Part shown: positions 49,693-59,000 of the stretch, piece after piece
How positions within the stretch are numbered: the first letter of the stretch is position 1
How the letters are laid out: every line of letters begins with the position of its first letter
Source of the DNA: a virus
Lineage: Duplodnaviria; Caudoviricetes
Direction: 5' to 3' (one strand)
Virus record (IMG/VR): IMGVR_UViG_3300033069_001465
DNA: 64,000 bases
Position numbers and translations under genes: made by a program
The notes under the pieces: generated by a model
The model's database searches: none
What the model was told of the DNA's origin: nothing
The model's input: the letters and a program-made list of their open reading frames with translations, nothing else

Positions 49693-50250
49693 TTATTTAG
49701 CTATTATTTCCATCCATTTTGCATCCTCACCATATAGCTTACCTTCTCTTATCTTTACATCTTCAATTTCAAAAAAATTAGAAATGATCTCTTTCCATTC
49801 ACTTGGAGTTAATATTATCTTATTTGTTTTAATATTATCATTTTGAATTTTAACACTCATCAATAATTTTTTACCTATTCTTCTAATCTCCCTAAAGATT
49901 TCATTTAATTCCTCTTTTGTAAAATAGTGTAATCCTAATCTTGAATATACTAAATCAAATTCATTATCACTAAAAGGAAATTTCTTTTTAGTATCATGTT
50001 TAATACAATTTAAACCTTTGTCTATAGCATTTTTTATATACCCATCATCCAAATCAGTGCATGTTACCTTATATCCTTTTTTTTGTAGATATAATGAGTC
50101 TTCCGCATTTCCGCAAGCAATTTCTAATATAGATGATCCCGGATAAGATATGTTATCAATTACATTCATAAGTCCCTCATCTACATTATTATGAATATTT
50201 AGTAGAGAGGATATTGCCTCAAATGTTTTATAGTTTTTAATATATCTCAT
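49693..50250 (-). CDS. Tagged class I SAM-dependent methyltransferase
   Basis: MRYIKNYKTFEA; ILEIACGNA, VTCTD, FPFSDNEFDLVYSRLGLHYF. Confidence 0.82.
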   Translation of the reverse strand: MRYIKNYKTFEAISSLLNIHNNVDEGLMNVIDNISYPGSSILEIACGNAEDSLYLQKKGYKVTCTDLDDGYIKNAIDKGLNCIKHDTKKKFPFSDNEFDLVYSRLGLHYFTKEELNEIFREIRRIGKKLLMSVKIQNDNIKTNKIILTPSEWKEIISNFFEIEDVKIREGKLYGEDAKWMEIIAK

Positions 50251-50471
50251 CTTAATCTTATTTTATTAAAAAATCTTTTTACAGAAAGTATCTCATATTT
50301 AGGAAATGGATACACCTTACCGAATGTGTTTATCCACTTTTCTTCAAAATTCATTATAGCATCATCTTCTGTTCTACCTTTAACTACAAGATTATAAATA
50401 TTATCTTCTATTTTATATTCAATAATATATTTACTTTTAAAAATATTAAGAAATAAATCTATAATCTTCAT
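50247..50471 (-). CDS. Small hypothetical protein
   Basis: ORF track; TAATATATA box upstream. Confidence 0.6.
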   Translation of the reverse strand: MKIIDLFLNIFKSKYIIEYKIEDNIYNLVVKGRTEDDAIMNFEEKWINTFGKVYPFPKYEILSVKRFFNKIRLR

Positions 50472-50481
50472 AAACTATATA

Positions 50482-51813
50482 TTAATTTAAAAATTCAATT
50501 CTAACTATTGATTTAGACAGTATATCTCCAAATAAATCTTGATCCATTATCTTAATAAGTATATTACAATTAATGTGTCTAGCGAATTTTCTAAAAAGAT
50601 AGTCCATCGTATCAATTGTATATCCTCTTATATCCAAGTTACCTTTGGCTCTCCATTTTGGTTGTAATATTTCTATTTTTAAATACGTAACATTTTCTTT
50701 TGATGTATTAATTGTTGGTGATTCTATCTTTTTTTGATGACTATCAAATTTGTTGATTTTCACACTATTAATATAGAGATAGTCTAAATATATATTAGAT
50801 CGACCTCTCCATTGACGATGTAATTCATCTTGTTCCGATTCTACTATATTAATATCTCCGTCATCTAAAAATTCAATAAAATAGTCCTCTACCTCATCAG
50901 GTGACATTGCGCTCTCACGTATTCTTAAATCTACCACTCCTTCATCTTCAAGTAATTCTATTAATCCATCAAATTGATCACACTTATAGTATAATTTTGT
51001 ATTTTTTGTAATATTCTCTCTTTCAACTAAAAACCATTCATCATTTAATTTAAATATTCTGAAAAATATCATGTAAAACCCTACAATATCACTACCTATT
51101 TTAGTCCTAATTTCTATCTTATAAGATGAATGAATTATTAATTTAGACCAATCCTTTTTAAGGACTTTTTCTATTTGATCTATTTCTGACCCAAAACGTT
51201 CTAAAGCATTTACATCCTTGACCATGGATCCGAATTCATTATTATCTATTTGATGATATAATGTATTAAAAGATGCGTTCTCATTTAATGATTCTAATTT
51301 TTCTTTTATCCTTTTAACACTGTCATAAAACTTATTTACTGTATAAGACATTCCATGTTCGGTTGGCGTCAAATCTCTATTAATTGTATCAAGATGTATT
51401 CCATTTGGAGCTACTTTAGGAATAGTTTTATCATTTCTAATGTCACCTATATTTGAATCCAATGATTGAGCAATGCTTTTGAGTATACCTATTTCATAAT
51501 ACTTATTTATATCACTTTGATGACCTTTATTAAACCAATAATCTGAACCTATTCCAAAAAATGGATACCACTTTCCTGCCGCAACATCTTTTTTACCAGC
51601 ATGACCAGATGATAAATAAAATGGAATTCTTATTCCATTTATATCAAATAAAACAATTTTTCTATCTGCATAATCAATGATTTTAGATTTACCCTTGATT
51701 CTATTTTTGGTATAGTGACCATTTGAATCTTTTTCATAAGTTTCATATGGTATTTCTACCCTAATAGCATTAATCTTAGATTCAAATAAACTAAACTCTC
51801 TTATGTGTTTCAT
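50482..51813 (-). CDS. Tagged three-domain polyprotein-like ORF (unique domain + YKCDQ domain + EDYF domain); start MKHIREFSLFES at 51813
   Basis: ATGA overlap with the upstream stop supports 51813; junctions LESLNEN and LRIRES; DEWFLV..YKCDQFDGL; DEVEDYFIEF. Confidence 0.78.
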   Translation of the reverse strand: MKHIREFSLFESKINAIRVEIPYETYEKDSNGHYTKNRIKGKSKIIDYADRKIVLFDINGIRIPFYLSSGHAGKKDVAAGKWYPFFGIGSDYWFNKGHQSDINKYYEIGILKSIAQSLDSNIGDIRNDKTIPKVAPNGIHLDTINRDLTPTEHGMSYTVNKFYDSVKRIKEKLESLNENASFNTLYHQIDNNEFGSMVKDVNALERFGSEIDQIEKVLKKDWSKLIIHSSYKIEIRTKIGSDIVGFYMIFFRIFKLNDEWFLVERENITKNTKLYYKCDQFDGLIELLEDEGVVDLRIRESAMSPDEVEDYFIEFLDDGDINIVESEQDELHRQWRGRSNIYLDYLYINSVKINKFDSHQKKIESPTINTSKENVTYLKIEILQPKWRAKGNLDIRGYTIDTMDYLFRKFARHINCNILIKIMDQDLFGDILSKSIVRIEFLN

Positions 51814-52259
51814 TTGTTTGGCACCCATGGTAGTAAACCTTCTACTAATTTTTTTAATAGATTTATTAACCCATCTATTTGGTCACACTTGTAGTATTCA
51901 AATGTATAATCATCTATTTTATAAAATGTGGATCTTAACTCTTCATCGGTTGGTGATTTTGTAACCATTACTAAAAACCATTCATCATCAAACTTATTAA
52001 TAGATATTTGAACCCCAAGATATTTTAGAAATATAACATCACTTTTAAAGATATTTCTAATTGATTCGGGAACAATATTTTGCACCTCTTTTATCTCTTT
52101 ATCTTTAAAAAAGACACTTTTAGATCTTGAAAATACATCTTGATCATCTGAATCATCTGAATCATCTAAATCAAACATATCATTATATTCATCTACACTT
52201 ATTTTTTGATATAGATCATTAATACTTTCAAATGTTTTATATTTTTTAATGTAATTCAT
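51810..52259 (-). CDS. Tagged DEWF...YKCDQ family protein (MNYIKKYKTFES...)
   Basis: DDEWFLV...YYKCDQIDGLINLL. Confidence 0.78.
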   Translation of the reverse strand: MNYIKKYKTFESINDLYQKISVDEYNDMFDLDDSDDSDDQDVFSRSKSVFFKDKEIKEVQNIVPESIRNIFKSDVIFLKYLGVQISINKFDDEWFLVMVTKSPTDEELRSTFYKIDDYTFEYYKCDQIDGLINLLKKLVEGLLPWVPNK

Positions 52260-52531
52260 TTTAATTTAATAATTTTAACAACTAGATCTTGACTACCTTT
52301 TATCACTCTATGCCAACGTTTCTTCTCAACAAATAATTTAGTTCCATTCATATCAATAGGCAACTCATTATCAAATTGGAATTTCCAATCAGTAGTTCCT
52401 ATAACTTCTACTATTCTATCCTCATCATCCCAATGCCACTGTAATAATTTATCATCAGTATTCTTATTAAATGTTCTTATGTAGGCATTATCTACAATTT
52501 CTTCTTTAAAGGGGTATGGTCGTATCATCAA
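52256..52531 (-). CDS. Small cupin-like protein
   Basis: WHWDDEDRIV...WKFQFDNELP...WHRVIKG His pattern of a cupin barrel. Confidence 0.65.
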   Translation of the reverse strand: MMIRPYPFKEEIVDNAYIRTFNKNTDDKLLQWHWDDEDRIVEVIGTTDWKFQFDNELPIDMNGTKLFVEKKRWHRVIKGSQDLVVKIIKLK

Positions 52532-53489
52532 ATTCTATTTCATCCTTATTCATTTTACAATCATCACATATTCTATCATCTGTATAAATGGATTCACCAC
52601 ATATATCACATTCACCTTTACTCATATTTTCAAATTTTGAAATATAAATATTTTCCTTTATTGGAAGCTTATAAACAAGTAATTTAACACTGGTTTTATT
52701 AATATCATCAACTTCTATATCCAGACCAATTCCATTGAGTCTTTTTCTAAGTTGACTTATATTACTAAAAAAACGACTAATAGTTTCAAGCTCCTTATCT
52801 AATCCATTTTTAAATCCAATATTGACAATAAAATTTGATATCTTATCATCACTTTTTATTTGATCTATTTTAATAATAAATTTTCCACTATCAATGAGAT
52901 CTAACAAATAATCTTCTATTTCTAATTCAATTTCAGATTCTATATGCATTTTATCAGTTTTAACTAAAGTAACCTGTTTTGGTGTCCTATAATATTCTTT
53001 ACCCTTTACATCAATAAGTTTTAAAACTTTCATTATTTTACCCTTGTCTAAGTTAAAATTATATTTGGAAATCAAATCTGTTTTTATTTGAACTATTTTA
53101 GCATTTATGTTTAAATCTGATATATACACCATAGATCCATTAAAAAATCCATGTTGCTTTAAACTTCTATCCATTATTGTAGTATCTATATTATAGAGTT
53201 TTTCATTTTTCCACGGTTGATATCGAGAAACAGAAACACGTCCACTATCACTAACCGTTAGATGACCTTCCTTTTCATATGGCTCTTGATCTAATACACT
53301 TATATTACCTGATTCAAAGTTTGATTCACCACGGTCGGTGTAATGACTATATCGTTCTAAATCAGAGCTTGAATATAACAAGTCCATTTTAAAATCACAA
53401 ATCCAATCTAATTTAACCGGATTCGTAATTTTCTTTTTCTTTTTCTTTTTAAGAAAATCAAAAATATGATACTCTTTAATATATTTCAT
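52506..53489 (-). CDS. Tagged multi-domain protein with an IEDYL domain and a C-terminal re-tagged Zn ribbon
   Basis: MKYIKEYHIFD; LEIEDYLLDLID; IKENIYISKFEN followed by CDIC..CDDC. Confidence 0.72.
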   Translation of the reverse strand: MKYIKEYHIFDFLKKKKKKKITNPVKLDWICDFKMDLLYSSSDLERYSHYTDRGESNFESGNISVLDQEPYEKEGHLTVSDSGRVSVSRYQPWKNEKLYNIDTTIMDRSLKQHGFFNGSMVYISDLNINAKIVQIKTDLISKYNFNLDKGKIMKVLKLIDVKGKEYYRTPKQVTLVKTDKMHIESEIELEIEDYLLDLIDSGKFIIKIDQIKSDDKISNFIVNIGFKNGLDKELETISRFFSNISQLRKRLNGIGLDIEVDDINKTSVKLLVYKLPIKENIYISKFENMSKGECDICGESIYTDDRICDDCKMNKDEIEFDDTTIPL

Positions 53490-54235
53490 CCTGAAAATTT
53501 ATTGCTTTTTTTAATATTTTCGCTCCACTTCAATGGTTGAAAGTTTGTATATTTATTTAATTCATATACTTCTTTCTCATTTTTAGCCCATGATACCGGA
53601 ACAATATGATCTAGTTGCCAATATGTGGCATAGTTATCCCAATTCATCTCAGTTGTAAATTTGGATTCAATGTGAATTTTGAACTCTTCAAAAGTGCATC
53701 CTAGTATCTCAATTGTTTTTTTAGCCTTTTTTGTATATCTAAGTTTAAATGATTGAGATATTAAAGTCCTGATTGAATATTTTAGTTTTATTAAAGGATC
53801 CTTTTTAATATTTCTTAAATATTCATTTATCTTATTTTTATTATTTTTTTGATAATTTTTCCAATATTCCTTTCTTTCTTCGATATTATTTAAATAATAT
53901 TCTCTTTGGTATTCAATCTTTTTTTCTTTGTTATCCAAATAATAGTTTTTAGATTGCTCTAAAATTTTATCACTATTTTCATAATAATATTCTAAATTGG
54001 ATATCTTAAGAACTTCTTTATTTTTTATCCAATATTCCCTATTATAATTTTTTCTTTTTTCTTTATTTTTTAAAAAATATTTTTGTATTTTTTCTTTATT
54101 GTTTTTTCTATATTCAGAAGCTATTTTATTTTCACACTCCTTACAGGAATTTCTATGAAAATCTTTTTTTGACTTATCATTAAAGAAATAAGTTATATTC
54201 TTCTCTATGTTGCACTTTTTACAAACTTTTGTCAT
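53486..54235 (-). mobile_element. HNH/EndoVII-like homing endonuclease with an N-terminal Zn ribbon and Y..NKEK repeats
   Basis: CKKC..CKEC, ILGCT.EEFK.HIES.F..EMNWDNY..WQLDHIVP...YTNFQPL..ENIKKSN. Confidence 0.82.
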
Positions 54236-54249
54236 ATGATATATTTAAT

Positions 54250-55599
54250 TTATCTAGATCGAACAAGGTATTTCTTCACCAAAAGTTTCCAAACCGATTC
54301 CTCTCTATCACCAATTTTAATAGTTTCCTCATTATTTGCTCTTAAATTAATAGAGTGAATTAATGTTCTAATATTCATATCAAATTTAGTTGGATAGTTA
54401 TTCGTAACAAATGTTAGATATTCTAAAGCTTCTTGCTTTTTTTCCATTGTAACATCTGGGGATAATTTTCTCATAATCTCACTCATTCTAGCAAATAATT
54501 CCTTTTTACTTAAATGAACATCAACATGTAATGCCCTTGAAAGTAAAGCATCGTCAAATTTAGATTCAGGTAAATTTGAGATAAATATTATTTGACCAGT
54601 AAATTCAAATTTATTCGGAAGTTTACCACTAGCATCATATGTTTCTTGAATTTCCTTCTCATCCATTCCAGCTGAATCAAATTTATTCCCCTTTGTTAAA
54701 CTAGATATTTCTCTAATTTTATATGTATCTAATGCACCTTTAAGTATATTTATGGATTCAGAATCTTTAAAAACTGCATCACAATCATCGAAAACTATTA
54801 ACCTATGCCTATTCTTAAATAATAACTCATATAACCCAGCAGTTGTTGCTGTGCCTGTTGCAAAGTAATAATGTATATCAGCTTGCATCCCAAGCGACTC
54901 CAAGGTATCCTTGACTGTTCTAGTTTTACCAACTCCCGCATCACCAGATATAACTAATGAATTTGATTTTCCTCTTGCTACTTGAATTGTATATAGCTCA
55001 ATAGATTTGAATATATCAATTTTTAAATCGTCATCTAATTGATTAACCTTTTCACTATCTGTTTCTGCTTTTTCATCATAAGCAATTGCTGCTCTCAATT
55101 GTTCTATTTTTCTTTCTTGGGAAGCTATTGATTTAGGACTTCTTAGTTTACCCAATCTTTTAACTGCTGCTTCTAATTCTTGTCTTGGGTCGTATCCACC
55201 TTCTTCTATATCTAACTCCTCCTTAACTAAAATTGCTGGATCTTTTACAAAGTTTAATATTTGTGGTAATACTTTAGTAATTGATTTTTGTCCTAATTCT
55301 AAAGTATATTCGGGATTCTCATCAAATTTAAAACTTGTCCATATATCTATACTATGAATTTCTGATCTAATGTCATCTTCTATCCAGTTGAATCTGATAG
55401 CTTTAGATGATCTTAATGAAACAAATAACTGTCCACTTAGGAACAAGTCTTTCTTTTGTATATGCCATATTTCCTCATATTCATATAAATCTACATTAGA
55501 GTTTTTAGTAATGTATGATACAATGGTATCTATAGCCTTTTTCTTATCTTCTTGTAAAAAAGCTTCGTTGAATATTTCAAATTTGTTTATATGTTTCAT
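54250..55599 (-). CDS. Tagged protein with a C-terminal AAA+/P-loop ATPase
   Basis: MKHINKFEIFNEA; Walker A GDAGVGKT, Walker B IVFDDCD, LKGALD, IFISN, ALLSR. Confidence 0.82.
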   Translation of the reverse strand: MKHINKFEIFNEAFLQEDKKKAIDTIVSYITKNSNVDLYEYEEIWHIQKKDLFLSGQLFVSLRSSKAIRFNWIEDDIRSEIHSIDIWTSFKFDENPEYTLELGQKSITKVLPQILNFVKDPAILVKEELDIEEGGYDPRQELEAAVKRLGKLRSPKSIASQERKIEQLRAAIAYDEKAETDSEKVNQLDDDLKIDIFKSIELYTIQVARGKSNSLVISGDAGVGKTRTVKDTLESLGMQADIHYYFATGTATTAGLYELLFKNRHRLIVFDDCDAVFKDSESINILKGALDTYKIREISSLTKGNKFDSAGMDEKEIQETYDASGKLPNKFEFTGQIIFISNLPESKFDDALLSRALHVDVHLSKKELFARMSEIMRKLSPDVTMEKKQEALEYLTFVTNNYPTKFDMNIRTLIHSINLRANNEETIKIGDREESVWKLLVKKYLVRSR

Positions 55600-55602
55600 A
55601 AT

Positions 55603-55995
55603 CTATCTTTTTTTAAAATGAATTTTAGCATCTTTTCTAACATAATCATAATTGGTATCTTTTTTAATATTTTTACATTTAGTCCACAATTTTTTACCAA
55701 CATAATTACTACATCTTATTGGAACATCGTCTACCCATACCTTATATCTTTTACCAAAGCATTCCTCCTTATTAGAATAATGATGACCGGTATTTGGATT
55801 TCTCGGATAAATCAATCCAATTTTAATACTATATCCATCAATATCCATCCTAATAAATGGATCCCCATTCACATCAAAATGCTCTTGACTAACATCAGAT
55901 GTTAAACTATCTATAATACCATATACTGTTTCCTCATCTTTATTAAACAACTTTCTAACACCAAATAATTCGTTGATATGTTTAATATGTTTCAT
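55603..55995 (-). CDS. Tagged hypothetical protein (MKHIKHINE...)
   Basis: Tag variant; TAATATATA box upstream. Confidence 0.72.
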   Translation of the reverse strand: MKHIKHINELFGVRKLFNKDEETVYGIIDSLTSDVSQEHFDVNGDPFIRMDIDGYSIKIGLIYPRNPNTGHHYSNKEECFGKRYKVWVDDVPIRCSNYVGKKLWTKCKNIKKDTNYDYVRKDAKIHFKKR

Positions 55996-56074
55996 AATTC
56001 ATATATATTAAAATATAAATCTCAAAGTAAAGTAACCAAACTTAATATATAAGTTAAAATATTTAATAATATTA

Positions 56075-59000
56075 ATGCAGTCTCTCGCGTTTTTTGATAA
56101 GGAAGGAAATTATCTAAACTTTAGATATGACGATATTTCACAAACATATAATGGTGATTTGATGTTTCATGAGAATAGCTCAGATACTTTTAAAACAATC
56201 GGGTTATATGTATTTGAAAAGATACCTTCTTTTGAATACGAATCCAACATATTATCATTAGAAAAATTTCAATTATTCAATGAGTATGGGTTCAATATCA
56301 CTGGTAATAGTTATCAACTACAACCAATTTCAAGAATAGAGGCTGTAAACAATGATCCAAACTTCCGTTCAAAATGGATATATGGTGTCAATTTTGAGTC
56401 TAAATATCCAATTGGATCTGAAGTAATTTTTAATTCTTCCATATTTGAATTTTCTAGTCCATTAAAATCATATACTGTAGTTTCATCAAAGAAAGGTGCA
56501 ATTATGGTTATATCAGGATTAGATAATCAATCATTTAATATTTTATATGAAACGAGTATTGGATTAACTTCATCTTATGAGAATAAAACAATAAGTGGAT
56601 TAAACTCAATAGGAATAAGTAGTTACGTTAATTCTATATTAAATGATAATTTATCATTATGGTCCGAGCCTAAATTTTATTCGATGATATATAATGGTAG
56701 GAAGTTAAATATTGTTAATACTACTAAAAATGATAGTGTTGTTACAGTAAAGAATAGTAATGTATTAGATAAGGTTCATTATCAATATTATGTAGATAGT
56801 CTTCACCTACCAAATAATTCAGATTTAATAATAGAAGCAATTCTTAAAACAGATTTGCCTGAAATTTATAAAGGCCCTTTAACTGTTCAAACAGATAGAA
56901 TAGAATTTGGTAATGATGTTCCAAGAATATTAAAATCTGGAACACAGTTAGTCATAGGAAATTCAACAAATAATACCAATTTTATAAATGTTTCTACTAT
57001 ACCAACTTTCTTAGGTAATACACAACTAACATACTATGCAACTGCCTCACAAGTATTGTATGATAATTTAATATATCAATGTGTTCAAGCGTACACACAA
57101 AGTGGCACTTCAAGTATAAATCCTGGGAGTGCTAGTTATTGGACAAGTAATATAACTTACCTACCAGTCGATGAAACATTAACAGCAGAAACGTTACTAT
57201 ATGGAGAAATATACCTAACAACTAATAAGCTATACTATGGTGTAAGTGCTTCTGGATTAAGTGCATCTAATAACAATGAGCTTGTCTTAGCTTTTGCTGG
57301 AGATAAATATAAAGAAGACTTTAGCTTCTTAAATATTGATTTATATTATTATAATAAAGCATTATATGCTAATTTAAATTACTCATCAGAATATGCAACT
57401 GTTAATTTCTATCATACAAAAGTCGGTGCAACATATAGTATTGGAACAACAATCAAAACTTATGAAAAAACAATTGAAGTTGAGGAAACTCTTAAAACAG
57501 AACTTAACAAAGATATATCTGAAAGATATTCTTATAATATCGTGTTTACTGACATTGATGAATATGGAATTGTAGTTAATATAAATGGAATGGTTTATCA
57601 ACAAGAAGTTCAATGGGTCTATGCTGGACTTAATGTTGATATGGAAAGAACAGTCGATAAAACATTAAGAGCTTGGCTATCGAAACATGCTGTAACATTG
57701 CATAGGTTAGGTATAGAATGTAACTTAGATTATTTAGTAAATTTTCCTTACATATATTTTGATTCTATTGTTTTAAAAACAGTATATCCAAATGTTCCAA
57801 TTATATTTGATGTTCTTGTAGGAACAACTGCAAATTTTTATATACAGCATTCTAATGTTGTTTTTTATGAAATTGGAAATGCGTTATCATTAACTATAAA
57901 CAATAGGGAATATGGTGTAACATTTAGTACAGATATACCGACTACTTTATCTAATTGGATAGATGCTTATTCTACTACATTGGATGATTATAGAATCTAT
58001 ACTTCTTTTATAAATAATACACTATATTTTAATGTTAAAGAGCAAGATAAAACTTTAGACTATACAATTACTGTTGGAAAGTCTAGCCTGCCGGGCAATG
58101 GTTCAGTTAAAATAAATAATAAAATAAAGGGTAATTTAGGAGCATTAATAACATCCAATGCTGTAATATTACTATCAACAACACAGTCAGCAACACAATC
58201 ATTTTATGATGTTAATGGGGCATCCGCTGGAGATACAGGATTTGCCACTGGGATGATAACTGGAATTAATAATACAATCTATCCATTTGATAATCAAGAA
58301 TATAACTTATTAGAAGTAGAAACTGATAGATTAGTACTTAGTTATCAGGGACCTTTTTGGGGAGGAACACCATCTCTAATATCATCCCCGTTTACTAATG
58401 TTTCATTTAGTGGTGGGTTTTCTTATAGTATAATACAAATTTCTGGAACTGGAGGAAGTTCAAGTATAGAGCTGGGAGCTTATGATCAATCCGAATTTGA
58501 TTATTCGTTCGATATTATTAGAGGTGATAGTAGTACCTATACAAGTACATTTATTGGTTCAACAACCAATATGATTGATTTGGTGTATGTTAATACATCT
58601 GAATATTTATACATCTTAGGTGATGCTATAAAAATATATGATGGTCTTAGTGGTGATTATTATGATACAATAGTACTACCTGGTTTATCACAGAGCTTAA
58701 AATTAGTTTATAACAATGTAGATGATTACTTGTATGCATTAACCACCACACGTCTATATAAAATAGAACCAAGTACAAACTTAATTATAAATACTCATAC
58801 TTATTCTGTTCCGTATACGCCATATGATGCAGTTGTAAATACTACAAATGGTGATATCTATATCTCATATTCTGGATATACTTATTTAGAAGTTCTGGAT
58901 ATTTATGGTGTTAAACATGGACTTACTTCAAGTTTTGTTGGTGCTACATATGGTACATATAGATTGGCGTATAATCAATTTGAAGATGATGTTTATGTAA

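Noticed and set aside
51814-51828. MGAKQ N-terminal extension of the 448-aa ORF
   Set aside because: The downstream ATG at 51813 gives the canonical tag and an ATGA overlap with the upstream stop
1000-55995. Interpreting the MKYLKLFE motif as a Sec/lipoprotein signal peptide
   Set aside because: There is no hydrophobic h-region or lipobox; the motif is short, amphipathic, ends in an acidic residue and also occurs internally
1084-57613. Numerous short antisense or nested ORFs in the track (e.g. 1084..1401, 4045..4362, 21162..21503, 28747..29067, 55591..55905)
   Set aside because: They lie within longer, motif-supported genes on the opposite strand or another frame and show shadow-ORF composition
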